From a virus, in IMG/VR virus record IMGVR_UViG_3300050128_000053, positions 1 through 64,000 of that record: a DNA stretch of 64,000 nucleotides. One strand, 5' to 3'. Position numbers and translations under genes: made by a program. The notes below the pieces were generated by a model, which worked only from the letters and a program-made list of their open reading frames with translations, searched no databases and was not told where the DNA came from. Every line of letters starts with the position of its first letter. Position 1 is the stretch's first letter. Below, one piece after another: positions 48,676-58,931 of this stretch.

Positions 48676-49178
48676 GTGAGTCCTCCGTCGTTGCCGTCCA
48701 TGCAGCCACAGTCCCACCACGACCGGGCCGGCCGAGACCTTCGGAAGCAGATCGTGGTACTGCGTGCGCCAACGCTTTGCAGCGTCCTGCCATTCGGGGG
48801 TTGCCTTCTCCCAATCGCCCTCGTTGGCGTTGGCGATGATCCCCCAGGCGAACTCAGCCAAGTCCAGCAGGGCGCGATGACCCTCGGATATCTCTTTGTC
48901 AGAACCCATAGCGGTCCCTCCCGTGGTCTTGGGGCGAGCAGTTGTAACCGGCAAAGCCGCCCTCCCCATCTGAGCGTTGACCTCCGAAACACACGTAGTT
49001 GGAGCGTGGCGAGCCGCAGCACGGGCAGTGCGTTATCCGATTGCGGTGGTCCTGCGGCTTTACAGCGGCGAGGTAGGCCGTAATGGCGACACGGGCCATC
49101 GGGTCACGAAAGTCGTGGGTCCAAGCCGCTAGTGCCTTGATCGCCGCTCCCACTCCTACTCCGTCCAGTTCTTTCTCG

Positions 49179-49361
49179 TCAGGCATTGCGGTCCTCTCGT
49201 TTGCTCAGAATCTTCGCCACGGCAACATGGCTCATGCTGGCTGCTTTGGCTATCTCTCGCAGGGCTGCGCCCTCTGCTCGCATCTCAGCCATTGCCCGGT
49301 CCCTGGCCTCTATCGCCTTCGGGATAGCTGCACAACGCTTGCGGACCTTCTCGGCGGTCAT
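49179..49361 (-). CDS. Small HTH DNA-binding protein
   Basis: GAALREIAKAASMSHVAVAKIL. Confidence 0.6.
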   Translation of the reverse strand: MTAEKVRKRCAAIPKAIEARDRAMAEMRAEGAALREIAKAASMSHVAVAKILSKREDRNA

Positions 49362-49532
49362 CGAGTTGATCTCCAGTTGGCACGCGGCCTTGGAAGACGA
49401 AATCGACTTGGCTGGTAGTCGGTACTCCGTCCTTCACCACGATTCGTATCACGCCAACTTTCCACCTTGAAGAACCGCCCATCGTCTCTCCGCTCGTCAA
49501 AACCGAGGAGTATTTCAAAGCGCTTTGGCCCG

Positions 49533-50315
49533 CTACGGACGACCAGGCTCCGGCTTAACCCACAGTACTTCCACTCGATAGGCGCCCTTTTCTGTCTTCG
49601 GGGCCTTCATCACAACTCGGTTCCAAGAACCCAGCACGTCGTCGTAAAGCTCGTTTGCATATCCACTAATGACCACGGGTCCAGGATGCGCTCTCAGCAC
49701 CTTGAGCATAAGGATGTGATCCTCATCTGACATCTCGTCGCTGTACATGTGTTGTGTTCTCACTGAGTGAGGGTACGGCGGGTCCGCATAGATCAGGCAA
49801 TCCGTCCCGCCGTGGCGCTCGATGACCTCCAAGGCACCACGGTTCTCAATCTCTGCATCTTTTAGACGCAGCGCAAGTACACGCAATTGTTCGGGAACCT
49901 TGTTCCAACGATGCGACATGCCCTGCGCCCGCTGGCTTGGCCCTCTGTTCTTCCATCCTGTCTTCTTTGCGAGATCACTGGCGTGCGCCTGCCAACACCT
50001 CACGACAAAGCGGCGGGCTGATTCAAGCGGGTCTTCTGCGAGTTCATCGCAGCGGTTGTACTCGTCCCGTGACCACGGAGTCGTCTCAATCGCCCAGCAA
50101 AGATCGTCGCTCCGATCCCGCAACATCGTGAATAAGTTCGACACAAGACTGTTTCGGTCGTTGATGATCTCGTGAGGAACGGGGGGCTTTGAGAAAAACA
50201 CTGCACCGGAGCCAAAGAACGGCTCTACATAGTGGAAGTGTGGCTGGAACTGCTCCACGATCCTTTCTGCGAGCGTCCATTTCGCCCCCGGGTACCTAAT
50301 TACCGCCGGATTCAT
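49533..50315 (-). CDS. D12-class (Dam-like) DNA adenine methyltransferase
   Basis: YPGAKW, YVEPFFGSG, EIIND, YADPPY. Confidence 0.92.
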   Translation of the reverse strand: MNPAVIRYPGAKWTLAERIVEQFQPHFHYVEPFFGSGAVFFSKPPVPHEIINDRNSLVSNLFTMLRDRSDDLCWAIETTPWSRDEYNRCDELAEDPLESARRFVVRCWQAHASDLAKKTGWKNRGPSQRAQGMSHRWNKVPEQLRVLALRLKDAEIENRGALEVIERHGGTDCLIYADPPYPHSVRTQHMYSDEMSDEDHILMLKVLRAHPGPVVISGYANELYDDVLGSWNRVVMKAPKTEKGAYRVEVLWVKPEPGRP

Positions 50316-50466
50316 TCGACCCCTTCCCGTCCTCTCGTTTCCGAGGGGTATCCCAGTAGGCCGACTTGCACCTAGGGCAGACTTTGGGCTGTTGACCCTT
50401 CTCCCGTGGCACCCATTCGTGAGAACACCGCTCGCACCGAAATCCTGAAATCTGAACTATCGGCAC
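50296..50466 (-). CDS. 56-aa zinc-ribbon protein (absent from the ORF track)
   Basis: GTG start; CERCSHEWVPR...PKVCPRCKSAYWDTPR; overlaps the methylase start. Confidence 0.75.
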   Translation of the reverse strand: MPIVQISGFRCERCSHEWVPREKGQQPKVCPRCKSAYWDTPRKREDGKGSNESGGN

Positions 50467-50504
50467 CCTTCCAGTGTGTCACTTCTGGTGGGCACCTAAA
50501 AGGG

Positions 50505-50533
50505 ACACTACAGCTGAAGGGGGACGGTGTCAA
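50505..50533 (-). promoter_or_regulatory. Promoter TTGACA-17-TAGTGT flanked by TAATAGGT/TTTAGGTG boxes
   Basis: Consensus -35, 17-bp spacer. Confidence 0.7.
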
Positions 50534-50819
50534 CCTATTAGTGGCCACCTATTAGGTGCCGACTATAAGGGCGGCATCCACGTGTTAGAGGCTGTCGATC
50601 TCAAGAATGCCAGCGCACTCAGTTCGGCCGAGTGGGCATAACCCGCTGCTGGCTGAATGCCCAATGGCTCGCACGGTTCGCCGCAGACGCCGCAATGACG
50701 GACGCGGTCGAACACAGGACCGTTGATCGCCTCGTGATCGAAGTCGGGCATTTCAGGAGTGTCACCTGGCATCGCTCGATTCCTTCTTTCTCTCGGTGTC
50801 GTGGTCGGATTCCATTGAA

Positions 50820-51158
50820 TCAAAGATTTCCGTGATGCCCCATCAGGTACAGAGCCCCGAGAGCGATCCCTGAGTTCACCAAAGCCTGATTATGGCGGCT
50901 GGTCAGCATTTGATGGACGGCCGCTACTTCTTCGATGGTAGCGGGCCGGCCCCATTCGGCCTGCAGCTGGGCTGAGATCTGCGCTGGGCTCGGGATAGGG
51001 GCAGAGGCTACTCGCATCTCCCTGCCCGCCGCTGCGAAATACCGCCCCACCGAGCGCACCAAGAGGAAGAGGACGTAAGCAACCGGGGCCAGGATGCAAC
51101 ACAAGGCGAACCAGTTCACTGGGACGTTTCCGTTGGCGGCGGTAATCAACTCGATCAT
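50820..51158 (-). CDS. Small membrane protein
   Basis: AAGGAG RBS, hydrophobic N-terminal segment. Confidence 0.55.
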   Translation of the reverse strand: MIELITAANGNVPVNWFALCCILAPVAYVLFLLVRSVGRYFAAAGREMRVASAPIPSPAQISAQLQAEWGRPATIEEVAAVHQMLTSRHNQALVNSGIALGALYLMGHHGNL

Positions 51159-52005
51159 TTCGTCAGCTCCTTTTTCCGCCTCAAGAATAGCATGCAAATG
51201 CCCTGCCTGTCCATTACCCTGATTTGAAATGATTTGAAATCGATTAGAGCGGGGCGCCCGTTATATCGCACCCTTCGGGGTGAGGCGGCCAGGAAAAACG
51301 ATGGGTGACCTGGTGTTTTGCTAGCGGTTTGACACGGAGGCTGAAGCTGATTAGGGTGGCGCGCAAGCGCCGGGTCATGGCGCTACCACTGGGTCTTTGG
51401 ATAGGGGTAGAGGATCCCTTGAGAGAAGAGATTTTGAGAAGAGATTCTAGAGACTTGAGATTAGATTCTTTGATTAGATTCTTTCTTCTAATCTTTTCTA
51501 TCTTCTAATCAACTCTTGTAGCACAATTATATTGTAGCCGGGGTGCACAACTGTGCACCCAAGTAATGCGCAGATTTGTATCTCAAAAGCATTTGATTTG
51601 AGCTGATTACTTCTGCTGCTCACCAAATGACAGGGATTAAGCGTGTGCCTTGCCTTCGCAACTGTGCCGAAATACAGCCATTTGTGGGTCATAGGAGTAC
51701 CAGCGCACCAACTCGTTGGCCGGCATGGCATGACTCTGCTCGAGAGTGATCCCGCTGGTCTTGCCGCAGTGCCGGCACCGCCCGCCGTCTATCACCTCCT
51801 CAACCAGCCTGTAGAGGGCCTCTAGGGGGGGTTGGGGCCACTGCTGCGAACCAATATGCCTCTCAGGGGCGTTAGGGGGTTCTAGAGGGCCAGGGCGAGC
51901 CGTACCGCGGGCTCTTCGTCCTCTGAGTAGCGGAGCTGGAGCGAAGTAGCACCGGAACGCCCTATGACATCGCTAATGGCTTTGATTCATCGCCGGCTAG
52001 GGGGT

Positions 52006-52332
52006 TCAGTCATTTTCAAATCTCACTAGGTGATGAGGCGGGCGTAGGGGTTCGCCCAGGCGCTCTGACTCACAGATCCCATGGCCACAGGCCCAGTCCC
52101 TCTCCTCGTCGCCTGAGACGGGAGTCCAGCAGGACCAGCACGACACGTTGCCCTTGAGTGCGATGAATCCGCACCGCCAGACGATGTCGCCAGGGAGCCC
52201 AGTACTGCAATCGTAGGTAATGGTCATGTATCCAGTGACGGGGTCAAGGTCTTGAAATACTCGAGCACCGGGATACCCGGCCTCGGATAGTGCCGTCGCG
52301 ATTCTGTGTTCGATCTCGGTGCGGGTGGTCAT
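52006..52332 (-). CDS. Hypothetical protein, leaderless
   Basis: TACACT 7 nt before ATG. Confidence 0.55.
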   Translation of the reverse strand: MTTRTEIEHRIATALSEAGYPGARVFQDLDPVTGYMTITYDCSTGLPGDIVWRCGFIALKGNVSCWSCWTPVSGDEERDWACGHGICESERLGEPLRPPHHLVRFEND

Positions 52333-52419
52333 GGGTGAGAGTGTAGTGGAACGGCCGTAATCCCGCACAAATACGTAATCGGCTCCCTGATTACATTCAC
52401 CTCTTGCAAATAGTGCGAT

Positions 52420-52479
52420 TTGTGGGTTATCTGACTTGTGGGTTATCTAATCCGTTTGAGATGTGTTTGTGGGTTATCT
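52420..52479. repeat. Three direct repeats TTGTGGGTTATCT
   Basis: At 52420, 52436, 52467. Confidence 0.85.
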
Positions 52480-52759
52480 AATCGTCATCGTGTGTGGATC
52501 TATGGGTAGGCTGCCCACCCCCCTTTCGCTGTCAAATCGCTTGATGATGGGGGGTCTAATAGTCAAATGGTGCTGCGCCATTACAGCAAATGAAGACAGT
52601 AATGCACGTTCATTTGGCTAATGGTGTTGTGCTATTTGGGTAATGCGCAGGTCCATTTACCTAAATGGGGAGGGATTACACGGTCTATTTGGTGTTATGG
52701 AGTGTGGATGCGGTGGGGATGGGGGGCTGGGGCGGCAGCCATCCCCTCATAATCCAGAC

Positions 52760-52975
52760 AGTAATAGCGTGCTACAAGCCAGCATACCCTCATTACTTGG
52801 ATAGTAATAGAGTGCTACACGCACATGCCGTAACCTCAGAGAGCAGATCACAACAATCAAATGAGTGGTGTAGCTACTGACAGCACTATTGTCCCTTAAG
52901 TAGGTATTACGATGCCCCCTAATCAACAGCACATGCCATATACACACATAACCTGGGCAGTAATAGAGTGCTACA
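52760..52975. repeat. Three direct repeats AGTAATAG(A/C)GTGCTACA
   Basis: At 52760, 52803, 52959. Confidence 0.85.
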
Positions 52976-53091
52976 ACCTCTTCCCACATGGGATGTATTT
53001 GTTAAGGCGGCGGATTTAGGGAGAGCCTCATTATTAGGGACTGACCTGGGCTGATGTACATTGAACCAGCAATCAGATAACGTACCGACCC

Positions 53092-53394
53092 ATGGTCTCG
53101 TTCACTAGTAGTAATCACACTCACATTGATTGGTGCGCCTCTCCTTGGACTCACGATTACCGCAGAGGTCCTACTCAGTTCGATGGTACTGACTTTCCAA
53201 CAGCATTGATCTGCGATTTGATATGTCTTCGATGCGGCGGATGTCTCATGGTCGCTACCGCAGATGGTCGCTACGTCCCGCCCTACGACCCCTCAAGCGA
53301 CTGGAGCGAGGGTCTGGAGGCCAAGCTGCACCGCCTCGATGCAAGAGATCCTGTGTATCCCTACGACCGGTGGAACTCCGAGGTCGACATTTGA
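53092..53394 (+). CDS. Hypothetical protein
   Basis: First ORF after the strand switch; CLRC. Confidence 0.5.
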   Translation: MVSFTSSNHTHIDWCASPWTHDYRRGPTQFDGTDFPTALICDLICLRCGGCLMVATADGRYVPPYDPSSDWSEGLEAKLHRLDARDPVYPYDRWNSEVDI

Positions 53395-53451
53395 TTTGGC
53401 GGCTGGTACGCTGCAGCCATTAGAGTGGCGGCTCACAAAGGAAGAGATCGA

Positions 53452-53718
53452 ATGGCGATTAACATCAACACGGCATTACGTGACTTGCCAAAGGGAGATC
53501 TGAAGCTGCTGGTCTCGCCGGCCATTTTTAGGTTACGTCGTGACTTCGGTCAAAAGCCCACCGTCATTCATTTGTGGCACAACGCACACCCTGATTACTG
53601 GATTGGCTGCGGCAACGTGATGGACGATTACATTGAGGTGCACCCGAGTTGGTTCTTAGAGCCGGTGTGCTGTCGTAACTGCCTCAAGGGCGTCACCACG
53701 AGAAGGATTAAGCAATGA
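53452..53718 (+). CDS. Hypothetical protein
   Basis: AAGGA RBS; CxxC near C-terminus. Confidence 0.5.
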   Translation: MAININTALRDLPKGDLKLLVSPAIFRLRRDFGQKPTVIHLWHNAHPDYWIGCGNVMDDYIEVHPSWFLEPVCCRNCLKGVTTRRIKQ

Positions 53719-53954
53719 CACTCAACGAGACGCTTAAGGCGTGTAAGGCATTGCTCGAGGTCTCACCTGAGGCTGGTGATTTGCCGGTCACGATTATGTT
53801 CCGCGATGACATTGTCGATGGCGGCGGTAATCGATGGGCCGAACTCACCGATGTACTTGCGCCACCCGTTGTGCTCGAGCAGGGGACCTTGACCACTGTG
53901 CTCTTTGGTGCGTCGAGCCCAGTGATTTGCCGGTCAATACGAATCGAGGAATGA
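53715..53954 (+). CDS. Hypothetical protein
   Basis: ATGA-coupled to the upstream ORF. Confidence 0.5.
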   Translation: MTLNETLKACKALLEVSPEAGDLPVTIMFRDDIVDGGGNRWAELTDVLAPPVVLEQGTLTTVLFGASSPVICRSIRIEE

Positions 53955-53956
53955 TT

Positions 53957-54340
53957 ATGACGAACTACGCCGATTACTCCATTGTCAATCGCGAGACGAT
54001 GGCATGGCGATGCGATCGTTGTGGTGAAGTCGTCCCATCGCCAGTCGAACACGACGTGGTGTGTGGCAAAAAGCTTGACACGGGTCACATTTACGGCACG
54101 CTTCTGCTTGGTAATGGGGAAATCACCAACAGCGTTCAAGAGGTGCCGCCATTACCGATACTATTGCCTCCACTCAACTTCGATAACTTTGTAGCTATGG
54201 GGTGGGATTGGAATGGCATCTTCAGATTCTTTCGGGATTACGAGCCGGCTGAGGGCTACCACATTGTGACCGCCGCAGACGGTAATCAATGGATCGAGAA
54301 AGACGTCAACACAGTCGACGAGCAGGTCGATGCATCGTGA
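53957..54340 (+). CDS. Hypothetical protein
   Basis: GAGG RBS; CDRC. Confidence 0.5.
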   Translation: MTNYADYSIVNRETMAWRCDRCGEVVPSPVEHDVVCGKKLDTGHIYGTLLLGNGEITNSVQEVPPLPILLPPLNFDNFVAMGWDWNGIFRFFRDYEPAEGYHIVTAADGNQWIEKDVNTVDEQVDAS

Positions 54341-54729
54341 GGCGACCGCCTGGGCATGCCTCAAACTGTTTTTGTGAACATTGCATGGCGCTGTGTAGAG
54401 CTGATCGTTTGTCGAGAGAAGATTTGCGGGCGGCGGCGGCGGCGGCGGCGGATTCTCCCCCTCGGTATTTGAGCCGGCCCTTTGCGCAGCGTCAGCCCAG
54501 CCCTCGTCGGGAGTGTTCGGTGTGCCACCGGTTGATCTCTGAGGACCCCAGCGGGAGGCTGCGCTCCCATGGGGCCAACCTGGCTTGCCCGGGGCGTTCT
54601 GAAGCCGCTGAAGAGGTCATGGAGGGCATTGGTGAGAGCGTTGGACCACTTGGCGAAGACTTCGTGCTCTCTGAGAATGCCCAGCGCTTCAGGGAATGGC
54701 TGAGGTCCATGAGAGAGTCACAACGGTGA
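54337..54729 (+). CDS. Hypothetical Cys-containing protein
   Basis: GTGA-coupled; CSVC..H..C. Confidence 0.45.
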   Translation: MRRPPGHASNCFCEHCMALCRADRLSREDLRAAAAAAADSPPRYLSRPFAQRQPSPRRECSVCHRLISEDPSGRLRSHGANLACPGRSEAAEEVMEGIGESVGPLGEDFVLSENAQRFREWLRSMRESQR

Positions 54730-54971
54730 ACCTCAACAGGCGCAGTGGCTGCACTGCTGAAGAACTTCAATAAAATCCATAAAGCAAGGGAAGGGGCAAT
54801 AATGGAGATAATCGTTAGACCTCGAGTAAGCGGGAAATCGCAGGTCATTGCTGAAGCTCTCGCTCGAGATCCTGAAGCCGTTTGTGTCGTACCGTTTGCG
54901 ATAATGCGCAGCTCCCTCGTCGAGGGTCGGGTACTTCGAGAAACCCGATTCGCCGTGTCTGCGAGGTCGTG

Positions 54972-56597
54972 ATGACTCGGAGAGCAGAGAGGCGAGGCGC
55001 CCCTGACGCTCTCGACTCCCTCGGTGCGGTCATCAGCGCTGCCATTCAACTCGGCGCTGAATCTGTCGATGGCTGGTCGAAGGAAGAGCGGGCACTCGTG
55101 CGAACACTTCTCAGACGAACTGATCCCGTCAAGGTTCCCGTGACGGAGCTGCGGGAGCAGATTGCAAGCGGAGCTGACCCGCTGGGGGATGCGTACTGCC
55201 GCATCCGAAACAGTGAGGCACGCCGTGATCTTGGTCAGACGTATACGCCGTCCACCATCATCTCCTCGATGCTGGAGTGGTCAGCAAACGAGGTTGCACC
55301 GTCACGAGTGGTCGATCCCGGTTCAGGATCGGGACGATTCACGGTCGCTGCCGGGCGAAAGTTTCCCAAGGCGCAATTGCTCGCATCAGACGTTGACCCC
55401 ATCGCAACGCTCATGACCCGTGGGAGCATCGCTGCGGCTGGCTTTGCCAAACGATCCACGGTCGTGCTTCGTGACTACCGAGGGATGGACCACGGCCCTG
55501 CAGATGGCCCAACGCTCTTTATTGGCAACCCGCCATACGTTCGGCACCACCAGATCGACCAAGAGTGGAAACGCTGGTTACTGCAAACGGCAGCAAGGCG
55601 TGGACATGTAGCAAGCGGCCTTGCCGGTTTGCATGTCCATTTCTTCCTCGCAACGGTCGAACACGGTACGCCTGGAGATGTTGGAACGTTCATCACGTCT
55701 GCCGAATGGCTTGACGTGAACTACGGAAGCCTCGTGCGACAGTTGCTGCTTGATGGGCTTGGTGGGCTTGGCGTTCACGTTCTCGATCCCGATGCTGCGC
55801 CGTTTACCGATGTGGCAACGACTGGCGTTATCACGACGTTCCGACTCGGGAGCCACCCCAAGTCCATCAAACTCCGGCGTGTCAAAACCGTAAGCGCTCT
55901 TGGAGCATTAGAGGGTGGGCGTCCCGTTTCTCGTGAGCAACTTGCAGAAGCGAAACGGTGGACGCCGCTTATTCGTGTTACTCCCAAGTTGCCTGAGGGA
56001 TGGATCGAACTTGGAGAGCTGTGCAGAGTGCACCGAGGGGCAGTCACCGGAGCCAACTACATGTGGGTGACCAAAGCAGATGAAACCGACCTCCCACCAG
56101 AAGTGTTGTTCCCGTCAGTCACTCGTGCCCGTGAGCTTTTTGCAGCGGGCGCTTCGTTGGGGGATGCGGACCACTTGCGTCGTGTCATTGATCTTCCGGC
56201 AGACCTTGATATGTTCGACGCTGGGACACGCAAGACAGTGGACAAGTTCCTGCGACGTGCCAAGAAGGAGGGCGTTGCAGATGGCTATATCGCTCGCTCT
56301 CGGCGTGCATGGTGGAAGGTAGGACTGCGACAACCTGCGCCCATCTTGGCGACGTACATGGCACGACGACCACCCGCATTTGTGCGCAACCTGGCAGACG
56401 CTCGTCACATCAACATTGCCCACGGTCTCTACCCCCGGCAACCCCTCAGTGACGAAGTGCTCGACAAGCTGGCCCTAGCGCTAAGGTCATCCGTCGTTGT
56501 CGGCCAGGGACGAACGTACGCTGGTGGCTTGACCAAGTTCGAGCCAAAGGAAATGGAGCGAGTGCCAGTCCCCAGCCTGGAATTGCTGGGTGCATGA
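54972..56597 (+). CDS. Type II N6-adenine DNA methyltransferase (gamma class, XamI-like module)
   Basis: GQTYTP, VVDPGSGSG, IGNPPYVRH, WLDVNYG, GRTYAGGLTKFEPKE. Confidence 0.92.
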   Translation: MTRRAERRGAPDALDSLGAVISAAIQLGAESVDGWSKEERALVRTLLRRTDPVKVPVTELREQIASGADPLGDAYCRIRNSEARRDLGQTYTPSTIISSMLEWSANEVAPSRVVDPGSGSGRFTVAAGRKFPKAQLLASDVDPIATLMTRGSIAAAGFAKRSTVVLRDYRGMDHGPADGPTLFIGNPPYVRHHQIDQEWKRWLLQTAARRGHVASGLAGLHVHFFLATVEHGTPGDVGTFITSAEWLDVNYGSLVRQLLLDGLGGLGVHVLDPDAAPFTDVATTGVITTFRLGSHPKSIKLRRVKTVSALGALEGGRPVSREQLAEAKRWTPLIRVTPKLPEGWIELGELCRVHRGAVTGANYMWVTKADETDLPPEVLFPSVTRARELFAAGASLGDADHLRRVIDLPADLDMFDAGTRKTVDKFLRRAKKEGVADGYIARSRRAWWKVGLRQPAPILATYMARRPPAFVRNLADARHINIAHGLYPRQPLSDEVLDKLALALRSSVVVGQGRTYAGGLTKFEPKEMERVPVPSLELLGA

Positions 56598-56860
56598 CAC
56601 CTGTTCCGCCCCCACAGTGGACGGATGAGGAATTCGAGAACGATCGTCGACAGTCAATTCACATTTTCCGTGAACGGCGCATGCAGGAACCGTTGGAGCA
56701 ATACCTCGAAGCATTCGAGGTTAGCCGGGATGCAATCGACACGCTTCTTGAAAGCAGTCGATTACGCAACATTTACCGGGCACAAGGTATCGAAGACCTC
56801 AAAAAAGCGGCGTGGTACGTCAACCGAGAGATTGAGCGCCAGGAGAAAGACCACTCATGA
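56594..56860 (+). pseudogene. Truncated XamI-family restriction endonuclease N-terminus fused to a DUF3310-like C-terminus
   Basis: PPQWT.EE.E.DR..I.IFR..RMQEPLEQYLEAF followed by GIEDLKKAAWYVNREI; ATGA-coupled to the methylase. Confidence 0.65.
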
Positions 56861-57462
56861 TTGGCCCAACGGCTTCAGAAGTCGTCTGGTTAAAAACCAG
56901 CTGGTCTCGTACTGCTCACAGATTAAACGACCGCACCAACTTTGGTAAAGCCCCGTGCGGGTTGCTGATTTACACCATGGGTTTGGGTCCTATAGGAGGG
57001 GAGAGAATCCGCTGGGACAGTCTTGATCAACAACGAGTTGAGCTATGCAAGATTTGTTGGAAGGGCTATACACCTGTTGACTCTCGCACCATCAATGAGT
57101 TGAAATGGTGGGCTGCTCAACACGAGCGAATCTCTCAGATCTTTGCTGAGGCGTGGACAGTGATCTCTGTACCCACGCACTTAGAAGAGTTCATCGTTGA
57201 AGGTCCAGGCGGCAACGTGGTGCACAGCAGGACCCTGCTCAACTACCAGACCCTCAAGGCCATGCTCAAGATCATGCTCGAAGAGGAGACGTATCGAAAG
57301 GTGTCTCGGGAACGCATGGGCCGTCTCATGGGCGCATTACGCACATGGGAATCGGCACACCCTTACGGTGAGCCGCTGATTGACGATCCCGAGATTGTTG
57401 AAGAGGGCGAGATCGTTGACGAACTGGTGCCCGAAAAGAAAGAGCTACTCTCAGGCTACTAG
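56857..57462 (+). CDS. Hypothetical protein
   Basis: 201 aa, ATGA-coupled. Confidence 0.55.
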   Translation: MIGPTASEVVWLKTSWSRTAHRLNDRTNFGKAPCGLLIYTMGLGPIGGERIRWDSLDQQRVELCKICWKGYTPVDSRTINELKWWAAQHERISQIFAEAWTVISVPTHLEEFIVEGPGGNVVHSRTLLNYQTLKAMLKIMLEEETYRKVSRERMGRLMGALRTWESAHPYGEPLIDDPEIVEEGEIVDELVPEKKELLSGY

Positions 57463-57666
57463 CCGAGCGTAATACGGGTCGACCGAGCGCAGGATCTCGT
57501 CGAGGTCGTCGCCCGTGATGCCGGCGCAGTGCTCACGCAGCCGCATCTCGTAGAGACGAGGATCGTACACCCAGCCGCACCCGGTACAGAGCCCTGAGTC
57601 CTGTCCCTTCACCATCCGTGGAGAAGGGATGTCGCACGAGCATTTGTATGAGGTGTGAAGTGCCAT
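57451..57666 (-). CDS. Small Cys-rich protein, paralog A
   Basis: SYKCSC..GLCTGC..VYD..LYE.RLR.HC.GI.GDDLDEILR.VDP. Confidence 0.7.
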   Translation of the reverse strand: MALHTSYKCSCDIPSPRMVKGQDSGLCTGCGWVYDPRLYEMRLREHCAGITGDDLDEILRSVDPYYARLVA

Positions 57667-58011
57667 GGGAGCAAGCCTACTCGCCCTACGGAACTCGGGC
57701 GCCCTCAAGAGGAGATCCTACTTCTGATTCGGCTCTGCGCATGGCCGACGTGCCCTCAGCGAGAAGGTTGAAGACGCCAGGCTCGGCATTTCCAAAGGCC
57801 CCTTTATTGAGCCGGCGGTGGCGGCTCGCTGGACTCGAGAGACGTGTTGAAGACGAATGGATCTACGAGTCTCCTCAACCTCGAGCCACCGACGACCCGG
57901 TACCCACAGAGACCGGTTCGATGGGCACAAGTGCCCTTCCACCCGCCCAAGACACGTCACCTTGATCAGGCATTTGGGGCACTCGTACGTCTTCAAACCC
58001 ATTCAAGTAGC

Positions 58012-58041
58012 TTGACACGATTTGGGCCGGAATGAGAAACT
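58012..58041 (+). promoter_or_regulatory. Promoter TTGACA-18-GAAACT with extended TG
   Basis: Consensus -35; start predicted at the base of the structured leader. Confidence 0.5.
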
Positions 58042-58047
58042 CATCAC

Positions 58048-58185
58048 CGGACGAAAGAGTTGCAGAAGACTCCACCTCGGTGCGGATTCCGCCCCTCCCG
58101 AGGATTGTGAGACCCCCACTGCTCTCTTTCGTCCGCTATTCTCTTTTGAAGGGGGCCGCTTGCTCGTAAGGTCAGTCGCCCCCTC
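58048..58185 (+). ncRNA. Putative structured leader/small RNA
   Basis: 12-bp stem 58048-58059/58124-58135 enclosing CCTCGG/CCGAGG; second stem GGGGGC/GCCCCC. Confidence 0.45.
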
Positions 58186-58226
58186 ATTACTCTTCAACTC
58201 ACACACCACACAGGAGGAAAACGAAA

Positions 58227-58730
58227 ATGGCCACTCCAGTCCGTAAAAAAGTGACCCTCAAGGCTCCCACGCGGTTCAAGACTCCAGCGCAGTTGATGGA
58301 TGAACTGACATCGATTCAGAACGCTTGTGACGAACTCGAACACATCAACAGCGAGCTGCGCAAGCAAATCGACGATCGTAATGCTCTAGTCGATACACAA
58401 AGGACCGAACTCCAGATGTATCTGAGTCGGGTCAACACTTTCAACGAGATCTTGCGCAAGGTCGAACGGGCGGCTAATGGGGCAGCAATAATCACTCTCC
58501 CCGTCAACCCAACAAGCGGCAGTTGGGTCACCAACTTAACAAGCGCTACCGCGTACGCCGGATTAGCTTCACCGCCCCAATCTCGTTCTGAGCGCCAGGA
58601 GAACGAGATCCGCCGTCTTCACGAGTTCAACACTCAACTTGAACGTCAATTGGAGGCGGTTCGTGTTGTTGCGCAAATGGCCCAAGAGCACAAAGCATCA
58701 TGCCTGACGAGAAAGAACTGGACGGAGTAG
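58227..58730 (+). CDS. Coiled-coil hypothetical protein
   Basis: AGGAGG RBS, 167 aa. Confidence 0.65.
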   Translation: MATPVRKKVTLKAPTRFKTPAQLMDELTSIQNACDELEHINSELRKQIDDRNALVDTQRTELQMYLSRVNTFNEILRKVERAANGAAIITLPVNPTSGSWVTNLTSATAYAGLASPPQSRSERQENEIRRLHEFNTQLERQLEAVRVVAQMAQEHKASCLTRKNWTE

Positions 58731-58931
58731 GAGTGGAGGTCACAAATGCCGGATGATTTGGACGGTTTGCGATGAGTTGGGACGCCGCGCTGTACGACGA
58801 CCGAGGCCACGTCGAGGGTGCCTGGAACTACACCCACAACACAAGCTGCATGTTCTACGACGTGCTCAACGTGGATTTCGTCTTGAAAGGAAGTGTGCGA
58901 GTAAATGGGTCCAAGTAAGAGCGAACTGTAA

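Noticed and set aside
52760-52975. 17-bp repeats as a mini CRISPR array
   Set aside because: Repeats too short, spacers unequal (26 and 139 bp), no cas genes
58036-58060. GGACGAAA suggesting a hammerhead ribozyme
   Set aside because: No CUGANGA core in the correct order on either strand
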